A stretch of DNA of 64,000 bases from Comamonas sp. (GCA_040396175.1 JBEBOZ010000005.1:20265-84264); one strand, 5' to 3'; positions 1 through 10,342 are shown, counted from the first letter of the stretch. Notes: generated by a model from the sequence alone, not told the origin. Numbers and translations are program-made.

Positions 1-408
1 CTGGCGCTGGAGTGCCGGGGCGCAGAACGCCAGGCGCTGGTCGCGCCGTGCAATCTGCACCAGGCCCTGCTGGCATTCCTGCAGCACATGGCTGCTGCTG
101 CGCGGCTGTCCGCCATGGGCCAGCCAGGCATGGCAACTGCCCAAGGTGGGGTGGCCGGCGAAGGCCAGCTCGCCCTCGGGCGTGAAGATGCGCAGGCAGT
201 AATCGGCCCCTTGTGCCGCCGCTTCGGCACTGGGGGGCAGCACAAACGTGGTTTCGGACAGATTGGTCCAACAGGCGAACTGCTGCATCTGCGCATCCGA
301 CAGGCCACTGGCGTCCAGCACCACCGCCACCGGGTTGCCCAGGTAGGGGACGGCGGTGAAGACATCGACGGTCATCAAGGGACGGGAGCGCAGGGCGGAG
401 GCTGGCAT
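1..408 (-). CDS. PhzF-family epimerase/isomerase, N-terminal part (runs off window start)
   Basis: Manual translation from ATG at 408: ...VDVFTAVPYLGNPVAVV...WTNLSETTFVLPP...DYCLRIFTPEGELAFAGHPTLGS, the PhzF/YddE motifs; not in the ORF track because it is truncated. Confidence 0.9.
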   Translation of the reverse strand, partial: MPASALRSRPLMTVDVFTAVPYLGNPVAVVLDASGLSDAQMQQFACWTNLSETTFVLPPSAEAAAQGADYCLRIFTPEGELAFAGHPTLGSCHAWLAHGGQPRSSSHVLQECQQGLVQIARRDQRLAFCAPALQRQ

Positions 409-522
409 GGCGGCAGGCAAGGGCAGAAAAGAACAACGCGGTGCAGGCTGTGGCTGAACGGGGTCAGGCAGCCGGCACCGCGCCGGATTTGCCACGCGCG
501 GGGCGTGGCGGCATACAGGCGG

Positions 523-1707
523 TCAGGCCTGGGATTGTGCGCGGATGGCGTCCGCCAGGGCGGCGATGCCCTGGTTGATCTGCTCGGCCGACACGGTCAC
601 ATAGGACAGGCGCAGGGTGTTGGTCTGGGCGTCACCGGCGTAGAAGGGCGCACCGGGCACAAAAGCCATCTGGCGTTCCACGGCCTTGGCCAGCAGGGCC
701 TGGGCGTCCATGCCCTGGGGCAGCCGGACCCACAGGAACATGCCGCCGACCGGACGGGTCCACTGCACGTCCAGGCCGGCCATTTCGCGCTCCAGCGCGG
801 CCAGCATCACGTCGCGCTGGGCCTTGTACATGGCGCGGATGGTGGGCACATGGCGGTCCAGGAAGCCATCCTTGATGACTTCGGCCACCACGCGCTGGTT
901 GAAGCTGGGGGTGTGCAGGTCGGCGGCCTGCTTGGCCTGGGTCAGCTTGCCGTAGACCGACTTGGGCGCCACGATGAAGCCAATGCGCAGGCCGGGGGCC
1001 AGCACCTTGGAGAACGAGCCCATGTAGATCACGCCTTCGGGGTTGCGCGCGGCCAGGGGCAGGGGGGGCTCGCCTTCGTACCAGAGGTCACCGTAGGGGT
1101 TGTCTTCGACCAGCGGGATGTCCAGTTCCTTGGCCTTTTCCACCAGCGCCTGGCGGCGCGCTTCGCTCATGGTGCGGCCGGTGGGGTTCTGGAAGTTGGG
1201 CAGCACGTAGGCGACGCGGGCCTTGTCGGCACCGCTGCCGACCTGGGCGGCAAAGTCTTCCACCAGCATGCCTTCGTCATCGCTGTCCACGCCCACGGCC
1301 ACAGGCTCCATGGGGGTGAAAGCCTGCAGGGCGCCCAGGTAGGTGGGCTTTTCGACCAGGATGCGGCTGCCTGCGTCCAGGAATACCTTGCCGATCAGGT
1401 CCAGCGCCTGCTGGCTGCCGGTGGTGATCAGGACCTGCTCGGGGTCCACATTCCAGGGCAGGAAATCGGCCACTGCCTGGCGCAGGGCCGGCAGGCCTTC
1501 GGTGGTGGAGTACTGCAGGGCGGCAGCACCGTCACGCTGCATCACGGTCTGGCAGGCGGCGGTGAACGCGTCCAGGGGGAAAGCCTTGGGGGAAGGCAGG
1601 CCACCGGCCATGCTGATGATGCCGGGGCGGTCGGTCAGCTTCAGAATTTCGCGGATCGCGGAGGAATTCATCTTGGCGGCACGTGCAGCCAGGGTCCAGT
1701 TCGTCAT
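523..1707 (-). CDS. PLP-dependent class I/II aminotransferase (2-aminoadipate transaminase-like)
   Basis: SAIREILK, TTGSQQALD, PNFQNPTG, EDNPYGDL, GSFSKVLAPGLRIG motifs. Confidence 0.92.
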   Translation of the reverse strand: MTNWTLAARAAKMNSSAIREILKLTDRPGIISMAGGLPSPKAFPLDAFTAACQTVMQRDGAAALQYSTTEGLPALRQAVADFLPWNVDPEQVLITTGSQQALDLIGKVFLDAGSRILVEKPTYLGALQAFTPMEPVAVGVDSDDEGMLVEDFAAQVGSGADKARVAYVLPNFQNPTGRTMSEARRQALVEKAKELDIPLVEDNPYGDLWYEGEPPLPLAARNPEGVIYMGSFSKVLAPGLRIGFIVAPKSVYGKLTQAKQAADLHTPSFNQRVVAEVIKDGFLDRHVPTIRAMYKAQRDVMLAALEREMAGLDVQWTRPVGGMFLWVRLPQGMDAQALLAKAVERQMAFVPGAPFYAGDAQTNTLRLSYVTVSAEQINQGIAALADAIRAQSQA

Positions 1708-1990
1708 AACTCAATCTCAAAAATCGGCGCACGCCCTGTGCGGGCGCGTTGCGGCGGAAGGAGCATGCCGTTGTGCAGCATGTGCCGGCGAGCAGTGCGA
1801 GCGCTGGCATCGGCAGGCGCAGGCAGGGACGGTCGGCAGGAAACAGGGGCACAGCCTTTGGGGATAACGCAGGCTGCGGATGAGAGCTATTGTGGGGGGG
1901 CGGATGGCATGGCTGGGAAAGTTGGGGAAAAAAACTGTGTGCAGTCTGGGGGTGTCTGGCACCAAATTGGGGACAGGATAGGAGGCCGGC

Positions 1991-2605
1991 TCAGGCCCGC
2001 AGCATCCACGCCGCAGTCAGCACCAGCAGCGCGGCCATGCCCCGGTTGAACCACAGCAGCCGCCGGCCCTGGGCCAGCCAGCCGCGCAGCAGCGCGCCGA
2101 TGCAGGCATAAAGCAGGTTGCTGGCAAAGGCATAGCAGACCATGACCGGCAGCACCACGGCCAGGCGCTGCAGGCCATCGGGCTGGCCGGCGACCCAGCC
2201 CGCGACGATGGTGAGCGCCAGCAGCCAGGCCTTGATGTTGACGAACTGCAGGGCCACGCCCTGCCAGAAGCCGACCTGCAGCTGTTCGCTGCGGGCCTGG
2301 GCCAGCTGGCCGCTGTTCCACAACCGGAACGCCAGCCATAGCAAATAGGCAATGCCCACGCCCTGGATCAGCCAGCGCAGCGCCGGTGCGGCCGTGACCA
2401 TGGCGCCGATGCCGGCAGCGCACAGCAGCAGCAACAGGCTCCAGCCGCAGGGCACGGCCAGCACAAAGCGCATGCTGCGGCGCAGGCCGAGGTTGGCGGC
2501 CAGGGCGGTGGACAAGGTGGTGTTGGGGCCGGGGCTGAAGCTCATGGCCGAGGCCAGCACCAGCAGGGCGGTGAATTCGTGCAAAGGCATGGGAGACGGA
2601 GGCAA
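1991..2605 (-). CDS. LysE/RhtB-family amino acid exporter
   Basis: SPGPN motif, hydrophobic helices, LQFVNIKAW; start could be the ATG at 2590. Confidence 0.88.
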   Translation of the reverse strand: MPPSPMPLHEFTALLVLASAMSFSPGPNTTLSTALAANLGLRRSMRFVLAVPCGWSLLLLLCAAGIGAMVTAAPALRWLIQGVGIAYLLWLAFRLWNSGQLAQARSEQLQVGFWQGVALQFVNIKAWLLALTIVAGWVAGQPDGLQRLAVVLPVMVCYAFASNLLYACIGALLRGWLAQGRRLLWFNRGMAALLVLTAAWMLRA

Positions 2606-2855
2606 TCCGCGCCACTGTAGGCGCGCGCACCCGGCTTGCCTACGGCGCTATCCCTAGGGTGTGGCCTCTGGTGTGTGGGTGCATGCGGTGCAGCAAGCCA
2701 GAAGGGGCGCTGCTGGGGTGGCTGCCCGAGCCGGGTGGCGCCATTCTGTTCCGTTCGCCGCACTGGGCGCCCGCGCCCGTCGAAGCCATGGCGCAAGGGG
2801 CGTGCCGCTGCGCTGGCCGTAGCATTTTCGGCGCAGTGCCGCAGAAGAGCGCTTT

Positions 2856-4079
2856 TTACAGCGCCAGGCGCTCGGCCGGCCATTCGCTGATGGTGCGTAG
2901 CAGCGTGCGGTTCACATGCTCCAGGTCGATGTCATAGCGCGCACACAGCTCGCGCACCACAGGGCCGTCTTCCTTTTCCAGTGCCTTGGCCAGCAGCAGG
3001 CTGGGGGCGTAGGGGCCGTCTTCCTCCACGGCGGCTTCGTGGATGCGTTCGGACAGCGGCAGGCGCTGCAGTGTCTGGCTCAGCGGCTCGTCCAGCAGCT
3101 CGTCCAGGCGCGAGAACAGGCCGCACAGATAGACCTCGCTGCGCAGCTCCTGGCTGACGCCGGGGTCCAGCAGGCGTTCGGTCAGCTGGGCACGCATCAC
3201 GGTGGCGGCGCGGATGGGCTGCAGGTCCTTGTCGGCGCTGGCCTGGGTCAACTGGTTGGCCAGCCACTGCTTGAGCTGGCTGTAGCCCAGCATCACAAAG
3301 CCCATGCGCAGCGAGTCCACCCCTGAGCGCAGGGCCAGCGAGGCCGAGTTGGTGAACACCATGAAGCGGTAGGCCAGCATGGGGTCTTCGCTCAGGATCT
3401 GTTCGAAGCTTTCAAAGGATTCGTCGGCGTCCACGGCCTTGAGCAGGCGCATCACATGGTCGTGGCTGGGGGCCAGCGCCCGTTCGCCGCGCAGCTTGTG
3501 CTGCACGTCTTCCGACGGCCAGCCCACAATGGCAGCAGCGCGGTGCTGGTCCAGGCAGCGGTGCATGATGGCGCGGCTGTGCAGCTCTTCATACATCTGG
3601 CCGTCCAGCAGCGCCAGATGTTCGGGAGCCGGTGCGCCGGGCGACAGCTGCATCAACTGGATGGCATCCTGCGGTGCCAGGCGCAGCATGCTGCTGGTGA
3701 ACCAGCGGGCGCTGTCGGCATCGGGCAGGTCGTTGAGCGCGCCGCGCCATACCATGCGCACACCGCGCGCCTGGGCACGCTGCACCAGGTCGTAGAGTGC
3801 GGAATCGGCCAGCCATTCGCCGCGCACTTCGATCAGCTGCTGCGCATCGCGTACGGTGTGCTGCAGCAGCAGACCCAGCAGGTGGCGCGACTGGGGCGAC
3901 AGGATGAGCCGGGGCGCCGTGGGCGCCGCCATTTCCTGCAGCATGCGCAGGAAATGCGGGACATCGGGCTGGTCGTCGCCGCCCTCGTGCATGAACAGCT
4001 GCACACCCGCCAGTTTGCGGGCGGCATTCCACAGTGGGCGGTAGCCCAGGGCCAAAGAGGTGAGCGCAGTCTGAACCAT
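2856..4079 (-). CDS. Degenerate EAL plus HDOD domain signalling protein
   Basis: N-terminal GYRPLWNAARKLAGVQLFM resembles an EAL start without the EAL motif; C-terminal DPMLAYRFMVFTNSA...GLFSRLDELL...LPLSERIHEA is HDOD-like. Confidence 0.75.
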   Translation of the reverse strand: MVQTALTSLALGYRPLWNAARKLAGVQLFMHEGGDDQPDVPHFLRMLQEMAAPTAPRLILSPQSRHLLGLLLQHTVRDAQQLIEVRGEWLADSALYDLVQRAQARGVRMVWRGALNDLPDADSARWFTSSMLRLAPQDAIQLMQLSPGAPAPEHLALLDGQMYEELHSRAIMHRCLDQHRAAAIVGWPSEDVQHKLRGERALAPSHDHVMRLLKAVDADESFESFEQILSEDPMLAYRFMVFTNSASLALRSGVDSLRMGFVMLGYSQLKQWLANQLTQASADKDLQPIRAATVMRAQLTERLLDPGVSQELRSEVYLCGLFSRLDELLDEPLSQTLQRLPLSERIHEAAVEEDGPYAPSLLLAKALEKEDGPVVRELCARYDIDLEHVNRTLLRTISEWPAERLAL

Positions 4080-4108
4080 GCAGCGATATTAGGCCGAAGC
4101 CCGCTCCA

Positions 4109-5392
4109 TCAGTTGATGAAATTGAACAGCGACAGCTTCTGGATGGAAGCGTAGGACTGCATGGCGGCTGATACCGTCAGCTGCTGGTTTTGCAGCAGGG
4201 ACAGCGCTGCAATGTATTCCGAATCGTTCATGTCTTCGGCGGCGGCGCGCTGGCCTTCCATCTGCTCGTTGCGCGCCAGCAGGGTCTTGCCGATGCGGTC
4301 GGACTGTTGCATCAGATCGCCAGCATAGCTGCGGACCGTCGAGACACGGTTCATGGCGGTGTCGATCTCGGCTTGCACCTTGGCCAGGCCATGGGCCAGT
4401 TCGCCGAAGGCGGTGGTGCCATCCATCTTGCCACTGTTGCGGGAGGCGGCAATGGCACTGTCCAGCACCGAGAACAGGTCGGTGCGTTCGCTTTGCTTGA
4501 CGGTGAAGCCGTCGCCGTTGGCCGGCACGCCGGTGATGGTCAGGTCCATGCCGCCCACGCGGATGGCGTCGCCCGACTTGTAGGCCAGGTTGGTCATGGG
4601 GTTGCCTGCCGTGTCATTGACCGGGTTGCCCGCGCTGTCGACCACGCTGTAGGTGGTGGTGCCGCTGGCATCGACCGTGAACTGGATGGTCTGCGGGCCC
4701 ACAAAGGCGGCTGCGGCCGAAGGGTCCTTGATGGTGCCGACATTGCTCCAGGCCTTGCCGGTGTTGGGGGTGTAGGTGGGCGGGGTGGTGGCCGGGGTCA
4801 CTTCGACGCCCAGTTCCACGGCCAGCACGCCGTTGCCGGTGGAGCCGCTCATGAAGGCCAGGGCGCCGTCCAGGGTGCTGGCGATGCCGTAGTCGCTGCT
4901 CGACTGCTGGCCGGCCTGGCCGTCGTACTGGTACTTGCCGGAGATGACCTGCTCCTGGCTGTCCAGGCCACGGAACAAGGGCAGGCCGTTGCTGTCCTTG
5001 CGGTTGGCGTAGCCCAGGATCTGGTTGCGCAGGCTTTCCATCTGCTGCACCAGCGCATCGCGCTCGGTCTGGGTGAAGCTGCCGTTGCCGGCCTGCACCG
5101 TCAGGTCCCGGAAGGACTGCAGTGCGTCCACCATTTCACCCAGGGTCGATTCGCCATAGGTGATGGTGGCTGTCTGCGCGTCCAGCGCGCGCTGGTCGGT
5201 GTCCAGGCGCGAAAGGCGGGTGCGGGCACGTTCAGCCTGGGCGGCGCCGACGGGGTCGTCGCTGGCGCGCAGGACTTTTTTCTTGGCCGAGACATGCTCG
5301 ATCTGGTCGGCCAGCTCTTTTTGCTGCTTGCTCAACATGTTCACGGTGTTCGCGTACATGGTGGCCGTGCTGTAACGGTTGACGTTCGCCAT
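4109..5392 (-). CDS. flgL: Hook-filament junction protein FlgL
   Basis: SDDPVGAAQA, C-terminal QKLSLFNFI, position after flgK. Confidence 0.93.
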   Translation of the reverse strand: MANVNRYSTATMYANTVNMLSKQQKELADQIEHVSAKKKVLRASDDPVGAAQAERARTRLSRLDTDQRALDAQTATITYGESTLGEMVDALQSFRDLTVQAGNGSFTQTERDALVQQMESLRNQILGYANRKDSNGLPLFRGLDSQEQVISGKYQYDGQAGQQSSSDYGIASTLDGALAFMSGSTGNGVLAVELGVEVTPATTPPTYTPNTGKAWSNVGTIKDPSAAAAFVGPQTIQFTVDASGTTTYSVVDSAGNPVNDTAGNPMTNLAYKSGDAIRVGGMDLTITGVPANGDGFTVKQSERTDLFSVLDSAIAASRNSGKMDGTTAFGELAHGLAKVQAEIDTAMNRVSTVRSYAGDLMQQSDRIGKTLLARNEQMEGQRAAAEDMNDSEYIAALSLLQNQQLTVSAAMQSYASIQKLSLFNFIN

Positions 5393-5409
5393 GGAAAGCT
5401 CCTACAGAA

Positions 5410-7392
5410 TCAGTTGTTGACAGCGTTGAGCACGCTGTCAAAAAGGCTTTGGGCGATCTGGATCACCTTGGCCGACGCCTGGTAGGCCTGCTGGAATTGC
5501 AGCAGGCGTGCCGCTTCCTCGTCCTGGTTCACGCCGGAGACCGCGGTGCGTTCGTTTTCCAGGCTGGCAGCCACATTGGCCGACAGCTCGGCGGCGTACT
5601 GGGCACTTTGGGTGCGGGTGCCGACCACGGCCATGGCAGAGGAGAAGCCGTCGGTCAGCGTGGTGCCGTTGTCGAAAATCTTGGCATCGCGCAGATCCAG
5701 GAAGGCCGTGGCATTGCCGGAGTTGCGCTTCCAGGCGTCGCCCAGTGCAGGTTCCAGGGCATTGCTCACCTGCACGGTGTCGCCGGTCTTGGGGGTGCCG
5801 TTCAGCGTGATCTGCCAACCGTCGATGTTGATGGGCTTGCCCGACTGGTAGGGCTGAGGGCCTGACAGGTTGCCGGGGTAGTCGTAGGTGATGGCGCCCG
5901 TGCCGGGATCGACCGTGAAGGTGATGGCCACCGGGGTGCCGATGGGGGGCACACCCGTGCCCGTGGACTTGAGCTGCAGCAGCTGCAAGGTGCCCTGGTT
6001 GTCCTGGCTGATGGCCGCCGACACGGGGTTGGAAACGGCCAGATCCTCGGGCGTGTAGACCAGGGCCTTGATGTCGCTGGCGGCGGAGCTGAAGGGCTTG
6101 AACAGAATGCTCTGGCCTTGTGCGCCCGCATTGGCGTCGGCATCCAGCGAGAAGGTCAGTCCGTCGACGGTGAAAGTGGACGAACCGGCCGTGGGGCCGG
6201 CGGCATAGCCCAGTGCAGGGTCGTTCAGCGCGCGGGTCTTGCCGTCCGACAGCCGCACAATCTTGGTGTCGGTCGGGTGGCTGGCACCGAAAATGATCTT
6301 GTAGTCCGAGGCCACCAGGGCATGGGTGTCGGTGAACGCGACCGAGGCCGAGGGCGTCCCCAGGTCATAGCCAGGGATGTTGCTGTAGCCCGGCATGTTG
6401 GTGGGCAGGGCAAACAATTCGGTGCCGGGCACGCCGCTGAGCGTCAGACCCAGCTGGTTCTGCTTGTTCAGCTCGGTCCCGATGGACAGCGCCAGGCGCC
6501 CCATCAGGTTGCGCCCTTCGACCAGGTCTTCGTTGTTGAACTTGAGCAGGCCTGCAATCTCGCCGCCCGCCACCATGCCCGCCGTCAGTTCCACCTTCTC
6601 GCCACTGGGCTGGCTGAAGTACAGCGACAGCTTGCCGCTGCCGGGGTAGTCGGTGGATTCGCTGACGCTCAACTGGGCGGCGCTGGCACCCAGTACCAGG
6701 GCCTGGCTGCCACCCACAAACAGGTTGATGCTGCCGTCATCGGCCGCCACCTGGGTGGTCTTGACGTACTGGTTGATCTCGCGGACCACCTGGTCGCGCT
6801 GGTCCAGCAGGTCGTTGGGGCTGTGGCCGGCGGCCAGGGCGCGGCTGATCTGGGTGTTGAGCGTGGCGACCTGGGTGGCCAGGCTGTTGACCACGATCAC
6901 ATCGTTGCCGATCTGCTGCTTGGTGACGTAGTCCTGCTCTTCCAGCGCCGTGGACGAAGCGCGAAAGCGCGATGCCAGCTCGGACATGCGGGTGAGCACC
7001 ACATTGCGTGCCGTGGAGTCGGTCGGCGAGGTTTCCAGGTCGGCGAACGCATTCATCATGTTGGTGATGGCTGCGCCCAGGCCTGCGTCACCGCCGGCGT
7101 AAACGTCCTGCATCTGCGTCAGCGACTGGGAGCGTGCGGCATCGGCGGCGCTGGCGGCGTTGGCCGCGTTGGATTGCTTGTTCAGCAGCTCGCTGTAGTT
7201 GCGCATCACCGTGGCGACGGAGACCCCGTTGCCGATGTAGCCGTTGCCCCGGTTCTGGCCGGCGACGGTCTGCAGCGCCACGGTCTGGCGCGAATAGCCC
7301 GGCGTGTTGACGTTGGCAATGTTGTGGCCGATGGTCTGCAGGGCAGCCTGGTTGGCCGTCAGGGCCGAGACTCCGACATTCAGTAAGCTCAT
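5410..7392 (-). CDS. flgK: Hook-associated protein FlgK
   Basis: GHNIANVNTPGYSRQ, NDLLDQRD, SGVNQDEEAARLLQFQQAYQASAKVI. Confidence 0.96.
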   Translation of the reverse strand: MSLLNVGVSALTANQAALQTIGHNIANVNTPGYSRQTVALQTVAGQNRGNGYIGNGVSVATVMRNYSELLNKQSNAANAASAADAARSQSLTQMQDVYAGGDAGLGAAITNMMNAFADLETSPTDSTARNVVLTRMSELASRFRASSTALEEQDYVTKQQIGNDVIVVNSLATQVATLNTQISRALAAGHSPNDLLDQRDQVVREINQYVKTTQVAADDGSINLFVGGSQALVLGASAAQLSVSESTDYPGSGKLSLYFSQPSGEKVELTAGMVAGGEIAGLLKFNNEDLVEGRNLMGRLALSIGTELNKQNQLGLTLSGVPGTELFALPTNMPGYSNIPGYDLGTPSASVAFTDTHALVASDYKIIFGASHPTDTKIVRLSDGKTRALNDPALGYAAGPTAGSSTFTVDGLTFSLDADANAGAQGQSILFKPFSSAASDIKALVYTPEDLAVSNPVSAAISQDNQGTLQLLQLKSTGTGVPPIGTPVAITFTVDPGTGAITYDYPGNLSGPQPYQSGKPINIDGWQITLNGTPKTGDTVQVSNALEPALGDAWKRNSGNATAFLDLRDAKIFDNGTTLTDGFSSAMAVVGTRTQSAQYAAELSANVAASLENERTAVSGVNQDEEAARLLQFQQAYQASAKVIQIAQSLFDSVLNAVNN

Positions 7393-7404
7393 GTTGGCGC
7401 TTCC

Positions 7405-8388
7405 TTAAGCTTGGTTGCTGCGCTGCACGGCCACGGCACTTTCGATGGCGCGGGTCAGCTTGTTGGCGTATTGGGGATCGGTGGCGTAGCCCGCTTGCTG
7501 CAGGGCCTTGGCATAGGCATTGGCAGAGCCGGCGCTGGCCACGTTCTGGGCCTGTTCGTAGCGCGGGTTCTCGGTGATCAGGCGGGCGTAGTCGCGGAAC
7601 GAGTCTTCATACGAGTCGTAGGCGCGGAACTTGGCCTTGACCTTGCGGGGCACACCGTCGATGTATTCGGTGGTGGTGACTTCGGCCACCTTGCCGCTCC
7701 AGCCCTTGCCGGCCTTGATGCCGAACAGGTTGAAGGAGTTGCTGCCATCGGCGTTGCGGATGGCGCTCTTGCCCCAGCCGGTCTCGTGGCCGGCCTGGCC
7801 CACCATGAAGCTCGCGGGAATGCCGCTTTCCTGGGCCACGCGCTGCGCGGAGGGCAGGTGCGCCTGGACAAAGCTGTCGCGTCCCTTGGGGGGCGGCGCA
7901 TAGGCGTCCACCGCCGGGGTGCTGCCCTTGTTCCAGCTGCTGCCGCTCAGACTGGTGGCGGCCCGGCTTTGGCTGGCAAAGCTGAGGGTGGACGTCATGC
8001 TGAAGTTGCGCTGCGCCAGGGCGTTGTCATCGCCCAGCAGGCTGGCCATCTCTCCGGTCACATTGGCGGCGGCGAGGTTGTCCTTGCCGATGGAGCGCGA
8101 GATCTGGGCCGTGATGGCATCGCTCAGGCCGCGGGGCATGCCGGACATGGCGACCGACATCTGCTGGTCGTACATGTCGTTGGCCAGGCTGGTGGCAGAG
8201 TTGTCCAGCAGGCCCGACTTCATGGTCGCGTCGCGCATGCTCTTGATCATCTCGCGCATGAACAGCGATTCGAGCTGCTTGGCCGCTTCGCGTGCGGCCT
8301 TGGGGTCGTTCGACTGGGTCTTGAGCGAGTTGAGGGACTGTACGTCGCTGACCAGCGCGTTTTGGGCGTTGAAAGAGAGGGAGCTCAT
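7405..8388 (-). CDS. flgJ: Rod assembly protein/muramidase FlgJ
   Basis: AAKQLESLFMREMIKSMR, HETGWG, NLFGIKA, GYATDPQYA. Confidence 0.95.
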   Translation of the reverse strand: MSSLSFNAQNALVSDVQSLNSLKTQSNDPKAAREAAKQLESLFMREMIKSMRDATMKSGLLDNSATSLANDMYDQQMSVAMSGMPRGLSDAITAQISRSIGKDNLAAANVTGEMASLLGDDNALAQRNFSMTSTLSFASQSRAATSLSGSSWNKGSTPAVDAYAPPPKGRDSFVQAHLPSAQRVAQESGIPASFMVGQAGHETGWGKSAIRNADGSNSFNLFGIKAGKGWSGKVAEVTTTEYIDGVPRKVKAKFRAYDSYEDSFRDYARLITENPRYEQAQNVASAGSANAYAKALQQAGYATDPQYANKLTRAIESAVAVQRSNQA

Positions 8389-9530
8389 ATCACCTCCAGT
8401 TCGGCGTTCAGTGCGCCGGCGGACTTGATGGCCTGCAGGATGGCCAGCAGATCCTGGGGAGTGGCCCCCAGGGCATTGAGGGAACGCACCACGTCGGCCA
8501 GCTGGGGCGAGGCGGGCATGTTGATGACCTTGCCCGGCTCTTGCGAGACCTGGATGGAGGCCTTCTCAGCCACCACCGTCTGGCCCTGCGAGAACGGGCC
8601 GGGCTGGCTGATGACGGGGGTGGAATTGATGGTGATGGCCAGGTTTCCGTGGGCAATGGCGCAGGGGCCCAAGGTCACGGCCTGGTTCATCACGATGGAG
8701 CCGGTACGGGCGTTGATGACCACTTTGGCGGCCGGCTTGCTGTTTTGCAGCGTCAGTTCTTCGATGTCGGCAATGAAGCTGACCCGGGCGCCGGAGAATT
8801 CAGGGGCACGCACTTCCACGGTGCGGCCGTCCAGTGCCGTCGCGGTGCCCGCGCCATGGCGGTTGTTGATGGCCTTCACCACTTGGCTGGCCATCTGGAA
8901 ATCGGAGGCGTTCAAGCCCAGGCGGATGGTGCTGCCTTCGTTGAGCGGCGTCGGAATGGCGCGTTCCACCTGGCCGCCCAGCGGAATGCGGCCGGCGCTC
9001 AGGTGGTTGATCTGGACCTTGGAGCCGGCCTGGGAGGCCCCGGCACCGCCCACCACCATATTGCCCTGGGCCAGCGCGTAGATTTCGCCGTCGGCACCGC
9101 GCAGCGGGGTGACGATCAGCGTGCCGCCCTTGAGCGACTTGGCATTGCCCATGGAGGACACCACCACGTCAATCTGCTGACCAGGCTGGGAGAAGGGAGG
9201 GAGCTCGGCGGTGACGATCACGGCCGCCACGTTCTTGAGCTGCAGACTGTTCATGTTGGCAGTCGCAGGCAGCGTGATGCCCATTTGCTGCAGATAGTTC
9301 GCCAGCGTCTGCGTGGTGTAGGGCATCTGCGTGGTTTGGTCGCCCGTGCCATCGAGGCCGACCACCAGACCATAACCGGTCAACTGGTTGCTGCGTACGC
9401 CTTGCACGGCAGCCACTTCCTTGATGCGCACGGCCTGCGCGGGCGGTGCCAGCATGCTGCCGCACAGGGCAGCGAGCAGGAAAATGCCGTGAGCTGTGCG
9501 GAACTTGGGAAGTGTGGACAGTACTTTCAT
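8385..9530 (-). CDS. flgI: P-ring protein FlgI
   Basis: GVRSNQLTGYGLVVGLDGTGD, AGALNAELEVI. Confidence 0.97.
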   Translation of the reverse strand: MKVLSTLPKFRTAHGIFLLAALCGSMLAPPAQAVRIKEVAAVQGVRSNQLTGYGLVVGLDGTGDQTTQMPYTTQTLANYLQQMGITLPATANMNSLQLKNVAAVIVTAELPPFSQPGQQIDVVVSSMGNAKSLKGGTLIVTPLRGADGEIYALAQGNMVVGGAGASQAGSKVQINHLSAGRIPLGGQVERAIPTPLNEGSTIRLGLNASDFQMASQVVKAINNRHGAGTATALDGRTVEVRAPEFSGARVSFIADIEELTLQNSKPAAKVVINARTGSIVMNQAVTLGPCAIAHGNLAITINSTPVISQPGPFSQGQTVVAEKASIQVSQEPGKVINMPASPQLADVVRSLNALGATPQDLLAILQAIKSAGALNAELEVI

Positions 9531-9551
9531 ACTGCCCGATTCTGGAGACGA

Positions 9552-10295
9552 TCAGAACGGCATAAAGTTCAAAAAGAACGAGGACAACCAGCCAATTGAC
9601 TGGGCTGATCCCTGCTGGCCGCGGCTGCGCGATTCCACGCGCACATTGGCTACCTGGGTGGACGCAATCACGCTGTTGGGCTGCAGCATGTAGGGGTCCA
9701 CGGTGCCGGTGAAGCGCAGCACATCGACGTTGTGGTTCACGCCAATCTGTTTCTCGCCCGCCACGATCAGGTGGCCGTTGGGCAGCACATCGATGACGGT
9801 GGTGGTAATGGAGCCGGTGAAGGCGTTGGCGCTTTCGGTGCCGCCGGCGCCGGAGAACTTGTTGTCGCTTTCCATGCCGGCGCCCAGCTTGCCCAGAATG
9901 CTGGCGCCGGGCTTCATGAACGGAATGGCGCTGACACTGGAGGTCATCTCGTTGCTGCGGTTGACGCTGGACGACTGCTTCTGGCTGGCCGTGACCTTTT
10001 CCGTGATGGCAATGGTCACGATATCGCCCACCAGGCGGGCTTTGCGGTTTTCAAACGGCGGGCGGTAGCGGTTGCTCTGGAACAGGCTGCCGGTCGTGGC
10101 CGCAGACGGGGCTGGCGCGGTGATGGCCGCCGCAGTCAGCGGCTGGGTGGGCAGACCCATTTCCACTGGCGGTGGATCGTTGAAGGCGCAGCCGCTCAGG
10201 ACCAGGGTGGCGCCGATCCAGATGCTGGTGCGCAGGGGCGGGCGGCCAGGGGTCGGGCGGTGCGACAGCAGCGAAAAACGGGAGGGCGTGGTCAT
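9552..10295 (-). CDS. flgH: L-ring lipoprotein FlgH
   Basis: Lipobox LSGC, GDIVTIAITE, VLPNGHLIVAGEK, FFLNFMPF; start set at ATG 10295. Confidence 0.93.
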   Translation of the reverse strand: MTTPSRFSLLSHRPTPGRPPLRTSIWIGATLVLSGCAFNDPPPVEMGLPTQPLTAAAITAPAPSAATTGSLFQSNRYRPPFENRKARLVGDIVTIAITEKVTASQKQSSSVNRSNEMTSSVSAIPFMKPGASILGKLGAGMESDNKFSGAGGTESANAFTGSITTTVIDVLPNGHLIVAGEKQIGVNHNVDVLRFTGTVDPYMLQPNSVIASTQVANVRVESRSRGQQGSAQSIGWLSSFFLNFMPF

Positions 10296-10342
10296 GGCAG
10301 GTATTCCATTCGCAAAATCAGGAGTGGCTTGAGCAAGCACCA

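Noticed and set aside
1894-1935. G7 and A7 homopolymer runs upstream of the aminotransferase
   Set aside because: Short, intergenic and not placed in a recognisable promoter spacer; no support for phase variation
88-2049. 653-aa plus-strand ORF and other long antisense ORFs (e.g. 11110-13302, 45633-47633, 57107-59629)
   Set aside because: Shadow frames opposite well-supported genes in high-GC DNA, with no recognisable motifs
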